DNA of 64,000 nt from Candidatus Latescibacterota bacterium (GTDB lineage Bacteria; Latescibacterota; UBA2968; UBA8231), in the NCBI GenBank assembly GCA_964291625.2, contig OZ220089.1:800001-864000 (forward strand), read 5' to 3'. Positions 49,034 to 59,302 of the stretch are shown in pieces. The first letter of the stretch is position 1. Each line of letters opens with the position of its first letter. A model generated the notes under the pieces. The model had not been told where the DNA came from. It saw only the letters and a program-made list of their open reading frames with translations, and did no database searches. The translations under genes and the position numbers were made by a program.

Positions 49034-50055
49034 TCAGCCCCGGGGTTCGAACTGGTCGGCCAGGTGCTCCGCCCAGGCGCGGTTGGCGTCGGCGGTACGC
49101 CCGGCGATATGGGGAGTGTGCACGACGTTGTGCCGGCCGATGAGGGGGTCGTCCGGCGGCAGCGGCTCGATGTCGAAGACGTCGGCGGCGAGGCTCAGCT
49201 CGTCGGCCAGCACCCGGCGCCGCAGCGCGGCCATGTCGCAGACCTCCGCCCGGGTGACCAGGACGACCAGGCAGCCTCCCGGCAGGGCGCCGATGTGGTC
49301 GGCGCTCACCAGCCCCCGGGTCGAGTCGGTGAGAGGGACCATCGGCGCGAAGACCTCGGCATCCTCCACCAAGCGCGCCAGGTGGTGCTCCCGGCGCGAG
49401 CCGGCCCGATGGAAGGCGGGTTCGGCCGCAAACGGGTCCCAGGCTGCCACATCGGCCCCCAGGGCCCGCGCGAAGGCGGCGTAGCGGCTGCCGACGTTGC
49501 CGGCGCCGACCACCCTGACCCGCTTGCCGGCGAGGGTGCCGTTGGCGAAGGCGGGGTCGTCGCTGAACTGCACCCCCCGCTGCCCCGGGGCCCCGATGCC
49601 TCCGGGGGACGCCAGTCCCAGTCGGGAGCGGCCGTGGCGATCCCGGTGTGCAGCTGCGGAATGCGGCGCAGCGCGCACAGGGTGAGGGCCAGCCCGCACT
49701 CGGCGACCGACTGTCCCCAGAATCCCTCGGACCGGTGTCTGTAGAGGACCACCCCCCTGGCGGCCAGCGCCGCCTCGCCGTCCGGTCCCAACCAGTGGGA
49801 CGCCCCCTGGAAGGTCGCCTCCCTCAGCGACGGAAACGCCTCCAGGCAATCGAGGGTGACGCGGACCCCGAGGCAGGCGAGCCTGCGCACCGAGGCGGCC
49901 TGTCCGCCGGCCACCTCTCCCAGCCGGCGGTCGTCCCCGTGGGCCAGGCGCCGGAATCCCACCTCCCCCTGGCGCTGCCAGAGGGCGTGGAAGTGGTCGG
50001 CCGCCCATGGCCAGCTGCCGTCGAAGGCGCTGTGCACGGCGATGAAGCTGTCCAT
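49034..50055 (-). CDS. D-isomer-specific 2-hydroxyacid dehydrogenase family protein; apparent frameshift at ~49606
   Basis: N-part (QSVAE..LAL..ALRRIP) in ORF 49306-50055; GAGNVG, PLT..TRG, ADVF..EPL, TPHIAG in ORF 49034-; junction at a G5 run. Confidence 0.82.
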
Positions 50056-51447
50056 CTATTCGAACAACAGGTATCCGAACCGGTCCGGCCGTTCGGCGTA
50101 GCCGTAGGTGGGCACCCACTGGGCGTACTCGGAGGCGTTGCCGGTGCGCACCCGGCAGATGTTGAAGCCCCACACGTCGCCGGGAGCGAAGGCCGCCCCC
50201 TTGAGACCGGCCGCCGGCAGGGCCACCTCGGCCACCCAGAAGGTGTCGGCCACGAAGGTGGCGATCTCGACTCGGGTGCTCCACGAGCGTCCCTCCCCGT
50301 AGGCGCCGTCGGCGTCGTCGGCGACCGTGCCCAGGCTGTTGATGATGAACTGGAAGAACGACCGCGAGTCGTGGTTCGTGTCGAGGAAGATCTCGATGCA
50401 GTCGTCCTTGTAGATCTCCCGGGAGTCCCGCCGGGTGGCGTCGGCCACCAGGCCGGCCGTGTCCTCCTCGTAGCCCTTCACGGCGAAGTAGAGGGTCTGG
50501 CGGTGGTAGCCGAGCCGGGCCTCGGCCCGTCCCCTGGCCGGATGGGCGGAGAGACGGTGGATGCACTGGTAGAAGTCCTCGATCGGCTCGACCCCGCCCC
50601 AGGCCGGGTCGTCGAGCCGGCCGTCGATCACCGGCGGACTCGGCAGGGGACGGGCCGCGGCCACCATGCCGAGTGACGCGAGGTGCTCCAGGCCCCGCCG
50701 CCGCTCGCCGCTCTCGTAGTAGAGGCGGCCCAGCTTCTGGCCGATGTTCAGGCTCCCCGGGACCAGGTCCAGCGCCTCCCGCAGCAGGCTCTCGGCCCCC
50801 GCCGCGTCGGCTGCCAGGTAGAGCTTGTGGGCCTCGACCGCCATGTGGTCGGCCACGACCTCCAGCCACTCCCGGCGCTCGCGGTCCAGGGAGTCGGGCC
50901 GGTCCACGGCGCCCATCCGCACCAGCCGGCGGGTCAGGCTGTCCACCTGGGCGGCGGTGAAGAGCGACAGATCGATGCGGTTGTCGTCGAGACACATCAG
51001 CTCCAGGGCCTGCAGGATCTCGCCCTGCATGGCGGGCCCGGTCTCGACGGAGAGACGCTGCAGCAGGGGGTCGACCGACTCCGGCCGCCGCAGGTTGCCC
51101 AGGGCCCGGGCGGCGGCGGTACGAACGCCCGGCCCGGGGTCGGCCACGGCCCGCAGCAGGGTGGGGAGGATGGCCGGGTGCTCCTCGCGCAGGTGCAGCC
51201 GGTAGAGGGCCTCAACAAAGTCGATGCGCGCCCGCACCGGAAGGCTCCGGTCGTCGAGGGCGCGCACCAGTGGCTCCACGGCCCGGGCCTTGGCCATGTT
51301 CAGCTCCAGGCGCGCCTCCTCCACGCCCTCGCCCCCCTCGACGATGCGGGCGATGCCGCGCTCCACGGGGTCGCCGCAGGCGCCCGTCAGCAGCGCGAGA
51401 GAGGGGATCAGCAGGCGCTGGAGCCCGCGCCGGCCGCCGTTCCTCAC
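50056..51447 (-). CDS. Lipoprotein with HEAT repeats and C-terminal CBM9-like sugar-binding domain
   Basis: TGAC lipobox, VRTAAARALG HEAT, P.IDGRLDDPAW, DDCIEIFLD, WGFNICR; GTG start overlapping the PhyH stop. Confidence 0.78.
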   Translation of the reverse strand: MRNGGRRGLQRLLIPSLALLTGACGDPVERGIARIVEGGEGVEEARLELNMAKARAVEPLVRALDDRSLPVRARIDFVEALYRLHLREEHPAILPTLLRAVADPGPGVRTAAARALGNLRRPESVDPLLQRLSVETGPAMQGEILQALELMCLDDNRIDLSLFTAAQVDSLTRRLVRMGAVDRPDSLDRERREWLEVVADHMAVEAHKLYLAADAAGAESLLREALDLVPGSLNIGQKLGRLYYESGERRRGLEHLASLGMVAAARPLPSPPVIDGRLDDPAWGGVEPIEDFYQCIHRLSAHPARGRAEARLGYHRQTLYFAVKGYEEDTAGLVADATRRDSREIYKDDCIEIFLDTNHDSRSFFQFIINSLGTVADDADGAYGEGRSWSTRVEIATFVADTFWVAEVALPAAGLKGAAFAPGDVWGFNICRVRTGNASEYAQWVPTYGYAERPDRFGYLLFE

Positions 51448-52340
51448 GCCGGGTGGCCGGGCAGGAAGGTCTCCGGCCACTTGGGCTCGTAGTCGCTCTC
51501 GAAGAGCCAGTCGAAGCCGTCGGGAACGATGTGGGCGCGCTCCGGGCGGAGCCGCTCGGCGAGGGCCGGGAACAGGGCCATCAGGGAGTCCCGCTGTCCC
51601 TTCGGCAGGCCGCAGGGGACGCCCTCGGCGACCCACGGGGAGAGCATCGCCTTGCGCGGCACCCGGTCCTCGTTCTGCCAGGCCGAGTGCAGGCCGCTGC
51701 TGCACAGCACCAGGACCTGGCCGCGGCGGGCCACGCAGGGCACGGGCTCGCGCTCGATCCAGGGCACGCCTTCCGGGTCCGGCAGATGCTCGGGGAAGGC
51801 CGGGGCCTGCGGCGGCACGGGCGGGGGCCGCAGACCGTGCACGCGGGGCAGCATCGCCTTGTGCTCGTCCGTGAGCACCCGGTCCCAGTACTCCATGATC
51901 GGCCGGTGACTGCCGGGCAGGACACGCATGGCGCCGCGGTGGGCGGGAACCTCGTTCAGCCAGAACCACAGCTCCACGCGGGTCCGGCGGGGCGTGGCCG
52001 TGAAGTCCGACCAGGTGGCCTGCACGTCGGTGTGGCACCCCCGCGCCCACTGCTCGCGGGGATCGTCCCAGGGCGGCGGCGCCGGGGCGCGCGCATGGGG
52101 CCCCATGCTCCACCAGAAGTGCACGGCCCGGGCGCGCAGCACCCTCGCCGCCACCTCCTCGAAGAACGGGTGCTGCAGGGCGTCGACGTAGTCCGGCTCC
52201 TCGTACGGCGCCGCGCCGGCCGCCCTCAGCCGGTCCCAGGCCGCCTCTACCCGGTCCAGCTCCCGGTCGCTGAGGGGGCCGTCGATGGTGACGGCGCCCC
52301 GCTCCTCGTACTCCAACAGTTGTGCGTCGGTGATCGACAT
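51444..52340 (-). CDS. Phytanoyl-CoA dioxygenase (PhyH) family protein
   Basis: YEERG, HTD, GAMRVLPGSH, LHSAW. Confidence 0.85.
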   Translation of the reverse strand: MSITDAQLLEYEERGAVTIDGPLSDRELDRVEAAWDRLRAAGAAPYEEPDYVDALQHPFFEEVAARVLRARAVHFWWSMGPHARAPAPPPWDDPREQWARGCHTDVQATWSDFTATPRRTRVELWFWLNEVPAHRGAMRVLPGSHRPIMEYWDRVLTDEHKAMLPRVHGLRPPPVPPQAPAFPEHLPDPEGVPWIEREPVPCVARRGQVLVLCSSGLHSAWQNEDRVPRKAMLSPWVAEGVPCGLPKGQRDSLMALFPALAERLRPERAHIVPDGFDWLFESDYEPKWPETFLPGHPA

Positions 52341-52492
52341 GCGGCTTCCTCCCTACCGCGGAACATGGGAGAACCGCCGGGGCTCGCGCAACCGGGAGCC
52401 TTCGGTCGGGGCCTGGACCCGGGCAGCCCCGGCTCGACGGGAGGCCGCTCGGCGGATCTGGCCGGGCTGCGGTCTCCGTGCCGGGCGCGTGC

Positions 52493-53320
52493 TCAGCGGT
52501 CGGGCCACTCGTAGGCGTCCCTGGCGTTCTTCCAGAAGAACCTCTCGGCGGTCTCGGCGCCCCTCCCGCCGAAGTACTCGCGCACGATGCCGAAGCCGGT
52601 GGCGTAGGGCGCCGCCCGCTCGCACACCGGCCAGTTGCTCCCGTAGAGCAGGCGCTCCCCGCCGAAGGCGTTCCACATCGCGTCGAGGACAGGCCGGTAG
52701 TAGCCGACGTCGCCGGGGGCGGGTTGCTCGGCGCTCTTCTCCGTCAGGGCCGACACCTTCATGTAGACGTTGGCGTGGGCGCCTGCCGCCTCGATGAAGC
52801 CGGTCCACTCCGGGTCGGGTGGCCCGCCGTCGATAGCCGCGTTGGCGACATGCTCGATCACCAGGGTGAGATCCGGCAGCTCCCGGGCCAGGCGCAGGAA
52901 GCCGGCGCGCGCCTCGGCGTCGGCCGGCACGCAGTCGAGGACGAGGTCGTGATCGGCCAGCAGCTTCATCTCGTCGAGGAAGCCGCCGTCGAAGTCGCCC
53001 CAGGCGCGGATGCCCCGGAAGACCGGATGGGCGGCGAAGCGCTCCACCTGCTCCGCGAACCTCGGGGTGCCGCTCTCGAGCCGGCCCACGTAGCCGACGA
53101 TGACGGGGTTGCCGTCGGCCATGTCGAGGATCCACTGGTTGTCCTCCACCGTGCAGGCCGCCTCGACCACCACCGTCCCGGTCACCCCGCACGGGGACGC
53201 CTCGGCCAGGAAGTGCTCGGGCAGGACGGTGCGGTACAGCAGTTCCTCCTCCGGCGACGGCCAGGGCACGCCCTCAGGCCGGGTGGGATCGTAGAAGTGG
53301 GTGTGGGTGTCGATGATCAT
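52493..53320 (-). CDS. Amidohydrolase family protein (sugar lactonase-like)
   Basis: IIDTHTHF, VVVEA, RGIR, VYMKVS, LLYGSNWPV; start ATG 53320. Confidence 0.9.
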   Translation of the reverse strand: MIIDTHTHFYDPTRPEGVPWPSPEEELLYRTVLPEHFLAEASPCGVTGTVVVEAACTVEDNQWILDMADGNPVIVGYVGRLESGTPRFAEQVERFAAHPVFRGIRAWGDFDGGFLDEMKLLADHDLVLDCVPADAEARAGFLRLARELPDLTLVIEHVANAAIDGGPPDPEWTGFIEAAGAHANVYMKVSALTEKSAEQPAPGDVGYYRPVLDAMWNAFGGERLLYGSNWPVCERAAPYATGFGIVREYFGGRGAETAERFFWKNARDAYEWPDR

Positions 53321-55089
53321 CCGAGTCCTCCGGCGGGGCGGATTGTGACGTAGTAGGAGCCGATGGTCCGTTCGCCGCGGTCGTGGAAAGCCGCCGAGAG
53401 CCGATCGGTACCGGCTGCGAGGGATACCTCGAAGACCGCCGCCGTGTCGCCGGGAGAGGTCTCCTGGTGGTAGCTCCTTCCGCCCACCGTCAGGGCCGCC
53501 CGGCCGATGGCCAGCGCCACTCCGCCGCTGTAGTGCGGGGCGTGCCGCTCCTGGATGGCGTCGCGGCGCCACTCGACATCGTCGCCCTCGATCCCGGCGT
53601 CCAGGGCATGGCCGGCGTCCTCCGGCCAGCGGCGCAGCTCGATGCGGTAGAGGCCGGCGCGGCGCACGTCGATCGCCCAGTAGCCGCTGGCGACGTGGCC
53701 CTCCCGCACCTGGCGCTGGTTCCAGGCGCCGTTGCACGCCTCGTTGCGCAGGTCGTGGGTGGTGAGCCGCACCGGTTCGGCGTCGCCCCCGACCACCATC
53801 GGCACGTCGCGGTCGAACTGCCCGGAGACCCGCTCCCACCACTGCTCGTAGCCGGCGCGCAGCTCGTCCACCACGCCGGGATGGTCCGCGGCGATGTCGC
53901 GGCGCTGGCCGGGGTCCTCGCCGAGGTGGTACAGCTCCACGCCGTGCACCAGGCGCCAGGGGCCGCGCATCACCGCGCTCAGGCGCCACTTCGCGGGATG
54001 GGCGATGCGCTGCGTGTCCGCCACCAGAACCCGCTCGCCCCAGGTGCCGTCGTCGTCGCCGCGCATCAGCGGCGCCAGGCTGCGGCCATGGAAGGAGCGC
54101 TCCTCCGGCGGCGTCACCCCGCACAGGTCCAGAATCGTCGGCATGAAGTCCACGTAGCTGCCGAGTTGCTCCACGTCGCGGCCGCCGCCGGCGCCGCCGT
54201 CAGGGTAGCGCAGGAAGAAGGGCACGCGGTGCCCGCCTTCGTAGGGCGACCCCTTCTGGCCGCGCATGCCGGCGTTGAAGCTCCCCGGCCCCTCCCGCGG
54301 GAACCCCCGCGCGTCCAGCTCCACGCCGCTGGCGGTGCCGTTGTCGGTCATGAAGACGACGATGGTGTTGCCGGCGAGCCCGAGCTCGTCCAGCCGCCGC
54401 AGCAGCACGCCGAAGTTCTCGTCGATGTTGGTGATCATGCCGTAGAAGCGGGCCCGGTCCTCGTGGGGGGTGGAGTCGGCGTAGGTGGCCGCCCAGCGGG
54501 GCTCGACGTTCAGGGGGCCGTGGGGCGCGTTGGTGGCGATGTGGCAGTAGAACGGCTCATTCCGGTGCGCCTCGATGAAGCGCAGGCCCTCGCGGAAGAA
54601 CACGTCGGTGCAGTAGCCGTCGAACTCTCGCGGTTCGCCGTTGACGTAGTAGGTGTCGTCGAAGTAGTCGTTGCCCCAGGGGTCGCCGATGTTGCCGATG
54701 CCGCCGCCGTTGTGGTAGACGGCGCGCTCGAAGCCGCGCTCGTGGGGGCGGAGGGGCTGGCTGTCGCCCAGGTGCCACTTGCCGAACTGGCCGGTGCGGT
54801 AGCCCGCCTCTCTCAGGGCGTCGGCCAGGGTCCACTCGTCCTCGCGCAGCAGCGAGCGTCCGCCGATGGTGTGCCACACGCCGGCGCTGTTGCAGAAGTG
54901 TCCGGTGAGCAGGCCGGCGCGGGTGGGAGCACAGGTGGTACCGACGTGGAAGTCGGTGAAGCGCACGGCGGCGCCGTGGAAGCGGTCCAGGTTGGGGGTG
55001 CGGATGGCGTCGTTGCCGTGGCACCCCAGGTCGCCGTAGCCCTGATCGTCGGTCAGGACGAATACGAGATTCGGTCTGCCTCCGGCCAT
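53317..55089 (-). CDS. Arylsulfatase (formylglycine-dependent)
   Basis: PNLVFVLTDDQG, CAPTRAGLLTG (CxPxR), GKWHLG, TDNG, EGGHRVP; start ATG 55089. Confidence 0.95.
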   Translation of the reverse strand: MAGGRPNLVFVLTDDQGYGDLGCHGNDAIRTPNLDRFHGAAVRFTDFHVGTTCAPTRAGLLTGHFCNSAGVWHTIGGRSLLREDEWTLADALREAGYRTGQFGKWHLGDSQPLRPHERGFERAVYHNGGGIGNIGDPWGNDYFDDTYYVNGEPREFDGYCTDVFFREGLRFIEAHRNEPFYCHIATNAPHGPLNVEPRWAATYADSTPHEDRARFYGMITNIDENFGVLLRRLDELGLAGNTIVVFMTDNGTASGVELDARGFPREGPGSFNAGMRGQKGSPYEGGHRVPFFLRYPDGGAGGGRDVEQLGSYVDFMPTILDLCGVTPPEERSFHGRSLAPLMRGDDDGTWGERVLVADTQRIAHPAKWRLSAVMRGPWRLVHGVELYHLGEDPGQRRDIAADHPGVVDELRAGYEQWWERVSGQFDRDVPMVVGGDAEPVRLTTHDLRNEACNGAWNQRQVREGHVASGYWAIDVRRAGLYRIELRRWPEDAGHALDAGIEGDDVEWRRDAIQERHAPHYSGGVALAIGRAALTVGGRSYHQETSPGDTAAVFEVSLAAGTDRLSAAFHDRGERTIGSYYVTIRPAGGLG

Positions 55090-55169
55090 GGGCCTCAAGA
55101 TAGAGGAAAAGCCGCCTGAAGGTGACTCCAGACGGCTTTCCCGTGACGCTCCACGGCCGAAGGCTCCCG

Positions 55170-56809
55170 CTACTTCAAGTAGAGCAGCCGCCGCGTCTCC
55201 ACCCCGCCGGGGTAGCTCAGGCGGGTGATGTAGACCCCGGACGACAGCGAGGCCCCCTGCTCGTCGCGGGCATCCCACTGCACCCGATAGGAGCCGGCGT
55301 GCTGGAACCGGTCTACCAGGGTGCGCACCGGCTGGCCCAGCACATTGTAGATCACCATCTCCACCGGCCCGGAGCTGGACAGGTGGTAGGCGATCTGCGT
55401 GGAGCTGTTGAACGGGTTGGGCCCGCCAGGAGCCAGACCGCTGGCCTGGGCCACGGCCTTGGCGGACGCCATGGCTTCGGAGCGTACCAGCCTCGCACCG
55501 CCGCCCAGGGTCAGTCTCAGCACGTGGCGGCGGTTGCGGTTGAGGGGTATGCTGCGCCACTGGCCGACGACCTCACCGCCGGCGTTGCGGGCGCGGACCT
55601 GGTAGAAACCGCTCACCGACCTCGAGCTGGTGATGGACAGGGACACCTGGCCGTCAGCGTCGGTGAAGGCGTTCCAGGCGAAATTGGCGGGGCGGCCTGA
55701 GGTGGCGCGGGAGAACTCGACGACCAAACCCTCGACGGCGTCGCCCTGGACGGTTGCCAGCACTTCCGTACGGGAAACGGGCCTCAGGTCAGAGCCTGCG
55801 TCGCCGGTATAGAACCCGGCACCGAGGACATACTCCTGACCCTGGAACGTGAACATCTCCGCATAGCCCACCTTGGGCGAGCCGAGGTCTTCGTCTCCTG
55901 TCACCGCGGGATCGTCGAAGTAATACTCGACGTAACCGCCGCCGGCCCTGGCCACTTTGATGAGTTCCTGGGCGACCTTGACTCCGTGGATATCCTCCCA
56001 CAGGGTCGCATCCCTGAGCTCTCGCGCCCGGTCGGCACCGTGGAAGATGACATGGCCCTCGGTGGTGAAGAGAAAGAAGTAGATGGAACCGTGCCTCCAG
56101 GGTCCTCCTTCTTCCCTGAAGATTTCGAAGTGGGGCAGGAGCTCATCGAGCTCGAATTGTTCCAGGGCCTTGTTGTAACTCTCCACCGAGCCGTGTACGA
56201 ATGCCCTGAGGGTTTCCCGATCCACCACGTCGGAGGCCGTGACCTCGGGGGGGGTAAAGATCGACGGATCGAAGGTTGCCGGAACGGCATTCGAGGGATC
56301 CTGGTAATAGCCGCCGATCAGGACCACCGTGGTAGCCGTTGTCCCGGAGGTATAGCTGGTGGCGTAGGCGGTCTTGGCGGTCTCTTCGTCCCCCTCCTGC
56401 TCCGGATCGTCCCAGTAGTACTCGACGAGACCTCCGCCCATTTCGGCTGCGGCCAGGAGATCCTGCACGACCTTGTTGCCGCGGGCGTCCTCTGCTTCGT
56501 AGAGGCTCTTGCCGTTCACGGTCGGGTCATCGGCATGAATGATCACCGTCCCGTTCGGCAACATGAGGATGAGGTACGTGTTCCCGTGCTTCCAGTCGCC
56601 CTCGGTGCTGATGGTGGCCACATAGGACGGAAAATCGTTGGGATCGGTAAACGTCGCCGACCATGCTTTTGCGCCCTCCACGAAGGCTTCCAGCGTTTCC
56701 CCGTCCACCACGTCGCTGGCCGTTACCTCGGGGGTTGAGATGCCGCGGGGCCGGTGGCGACGAAGAAGCCTGCCAACCCCACGATGAGTGCCGCGGTCAG
56801 ATGCTTCAC
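55170..56809 (-). CDS. Secreted protein with two Cache-like domains and FlgD-Ig/T9SS-type C-terminal domain; apparent frameshift at ~56732
   Basis: AAGGAG RBS + GTG 56809 signal peptide MKHLTAALIVGLAGFFVATGPAASQ; two units PEVTASDVVD...W.HG..Y...H...D..G.KV...GGG.VEYY.DDP; PNPFN C-terminal domain. Confidence 0.8.
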
Positions 56810-56953
56810 GATGAGCTCCTTTCCATGGGTGACGTCTCTCCACAAGGATGTGTCAAAATATAATACAATCCGGGCCCGCCTCGAATGACGCGATCGCCTG
56901 ACTCTGCCGCACCTTGCCCATCCTGCTACGGACCGACCGCTGATGGCGCGCGC

Positions 56954-58537
56954 TCACGGCTGACCCTGGCTGACCACGAACTGTGACAGCAGGTCGAGGT
57001 TGCGGTTGAAGGTCCGGCAGGAGATGATCCGGGCGGGGATCGGCCTGTGGCGGTCTTCGGGGTTTCTCAGGCGGCCCTCCTCCAGCCAGCGGCCCTCTTC
57101 GTCGATGGCCTCGATGACGGCCTCGATCCGTTCCGCGGCGACCGGCCGCACCCGGGCGCGCTCGGCCAGGACGGCCTGGCGGCCCTCCTCGAGAATACGC
57201 CGGTAGAGGCTCTCGATGCGATCCGCGCGGTTTCCCACCTTGAAGGCATAGTGCGCCGGCAGGTCCGCATCGCTGTAGGTGAGCGCGTATTCCCGGGTGA
57301 AGTAGAGGGGCCGGTTGGTCTTCAACTCGTAGAACCGGGCCAGGCGGCCATCGGGCAGCCGCGAGGCCCTGACCCACGCCAGGGCCCGGGGGACCGGCTC
57401 GAGGAAGCGCGGCTCCCCGAAGGCGAGGTACAGCTCCAGCAGGATCCGCATGACGCCGAAACTCTCGCCTCCGGTGATGGCGGGCGGCTCGAAGCGGCGC
57501 GCCCAGGCCGGCTCCATGTCCAGGTTGTACTGCTGGGCCCAGGCCGGCTGGGGATCGGGCATCTGGGCCAGGATGATGAAGTCGCCGCCCCTCTCGGCGG
57601 CGCGGCGCCAGCGGTCGTCGCCGTAGATGTCGTGGGCCTCGATCATGGTGGCGATGACGTCGGGAATGGTGTTGTCGTTGAAGGTGTAGTACGCGAGATA
57701 GCGCTCCCTGGGATACTCCCGTGACCAGCTCTCCGGATAGCGAGCCTTGCGGACGGGGAACTCGCCGGGGTCGGCCGGCTTGTCGTAGCGCTGGGGCCAG
57801 GCGCCGTTGGGGTACTGGGCCTCGAGGAGGGACTCCAACCCGTAGAGGACGGCGCGGTGCAGCTCCCTGTCGGCGAAGTCGAGGTGCTTGTCGACCCGCA
57901 TGAGCAGCCGCAGGGCGCTCTGCGTGTTGTCGTCGTCCAGGGTCGAGCGGTTGCGGCGGTCTCCCGTGGCGCGGTCGCCCTGCTCGACATCGCGCCGGTA
58001 GTGCCAGTTCCGGCTCTTCTCCGGGTCGAAGTCGATCCGGTAGTCCCAGCCGCCCGAAGCCAGCTGCCCCCACGCCAGGGCGCGCGCCGCCTCCACCGCG
58101 CCGTCGAGGAAGAGGGTGTCGCCGGTGGCCTCCCAGGCGCGGAGGAAGGCCATGCCGACCGCTGGCGTGCCCGGGGGCTGCACCCAGATGGTGGTCGGCG
58201 ACGCGATCCCCTCCCCTTCTCGCCGGGAGAGATCGCTCTCGTAGAGCCAGAGATAGCCGCCGTTGGTCGCCACCTGGCCGCGGAAGTAGCTCGCCGCCTT
58301 GACCATGGTCTCCACCGCTGCCCGCTGCAGGGCCTCGTCCCCGTGGAGGGGCACGCTGCACAGCAACGGCAGGAGCAGGGCAGGGAGCAGTTGGATTCTG
58401 CGGTCTCTGCGGCTGTCCGGGGAGACCGCGGAAAGGGGCCTGGCGGCGGTCGAGGGTCTGGAGACGCGCCACGCTCCACCTGCCGCGGAGGGCGGCCTGC
58501 GCTGGTTGGTGTCGGCCGAAGGCCTGGTGACTTGCAC
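56954..58537 (-). CDS. Pectate lyase (PL10 / pectic acid lyase-like)
   Basis: TLDDDNTQ, AQYPNGAWPQ, TFND, WAQQY, ARRFEP, ARFYE; start uncertain. Confidence 0.82.
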   Translation of the reverse strand: MQVTRPSADTNQRRPPSAAGGAWRVSRPSTAARPLSAVSPDSRRDRRIQLLPALLLPLLCSVPLHGDEALQRAAVETMVKAASYFRGQVATNGGYLWLYESDLSRREGEGIASPTTIWVQPPGTPAVGMAFLRAWEATGDTLFLDGAVEAARALAWGQLASGGWDYRIDFDPEKSRNWHYRRDVEQGDRATGDRRNRSTLDDDNTQSALRLLMRVDKHLDFADRELHRAVLYGLESLLEAQYPNGAWPQRYDKPADPGEFPVRKARYPESWSREYPRERYLAYYTFNDNTIPDVIATMIEAHDIYGDDRWRRAAERGGDFIILAQMPDPQPAWAQQYNLDMEPAWARRFEPPAITGGESFGVMRILLELYLAFGEPRFLEPVPRALAWVRASRLPDGRLARFYELKTNRPLYFTREYALTYSDADLPAHYAFKVGNRADRIESLYRRILEEGRQAVLAERARVRPVAAERIEAVIEAIDEEGRWLEEGRLRNPEDRHRPIPARIISCRTFNRNLDLLSQFVVSQGQP

Positions 58538-58588
58538 GGTCAGCCCGCTGCACCCCCCGGTCGACGGGCGGCTCCCGGCGGCTCGGAG

Positions 58589-59302
58589 CTACCCCCGGGG
58601 CATGGCCCCCAGGGCGCCGGCGAACTCGGCGCTCGTCGAGGTGTAGCCCACGACGTGCTCGAAGTTGCGCAGCATCACCTTGCGCAGCCAGCCGCCCTCC
58701 TCGAGGGACTCGTCGACGGTGTCGGGATACTCCGCCGAGGAGGTGCAGTCGCGCAGCATGACGACGCGGTAGTTGTGCTCCACGGCGCCGGCGCAGGTGA
58801 AGTAGAGGCAGGAGCGCTGCGAGAACCCCACGGCCACCAGGCTCTCGATGCCGTGGCAGCGCAGGTGGTAGTCGACGTGGGTCTCGTGGAAGCCCGACCA
58901 CTCGCGCTTGGGGAAGTCGGGCTCGTGGGGCAGGGGCCGGATGGAGGGCGAGTAGTCCGGCCTCACCGGCTCCCGCGGCGGGGCCCCCCGGGTGCCGGCC
59001 TCCGCATCTCCCCAGCGGGTGCCGTGGATCTCGCGCTTGATGCTGCCGGGCTCGTCGCACAGGGAGAAGTCGTTGTGGATGTAGATCACGTGCATGCCCG
59101 CCGCCCTCGCCGCCGCCAGGGCCGGTGCGATCCCCTCCTCCACGTACGGGTTCCCGGCACCGCAGTCGCTGTCGACGATCATGAAGGCGGTGCGCTCCAG
59201 CTCCAGGTCGAGGGTGCCGTGGACGAGGCCGTCCCCCTGCGCCTCGCCCCGGTAGTAGCCGGCGCCGCGGTACCAGCGGACCGGCAGGGCCAGGGCGGTC
59301 AC
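58589..59302 (-). CDS. Isochorismatase-family cysteine hydrolase
   Basis: TAFMIVD, K..WSGF, GF....C, VMLRDCT; GTG start 59302. Confidence 0.85.
   Translation of the reverse strand: MTALALPVRWYRGAGYYRGEAQGDGLVHGTLDLELERTAFMIVDSDCGAGNPYVEEGIAPALAAARAAGMHVIYIHNDFSLCDEPGSIKREIHGTRWGDAEAGTRGAPPREPVRPDYSPSIRPLPHEPDFPKREWSGFHETHVDYHLRCHGIESLVAVGFSQRSCLYFTCAGAVEHNYRVVMLRDCTSSAEYPDTVDESLEEGGWLRKVMLRNFEHVVGYTSTSAEFAGALGAMPRG

Noticed and set aside
52428-58586. Similar ~30-nt GC-rich motifs near 52428 and 58556 as a REP-like dispersed repeat
   Set aside because: Only two gapped copies in high-GC sequence; could be chance
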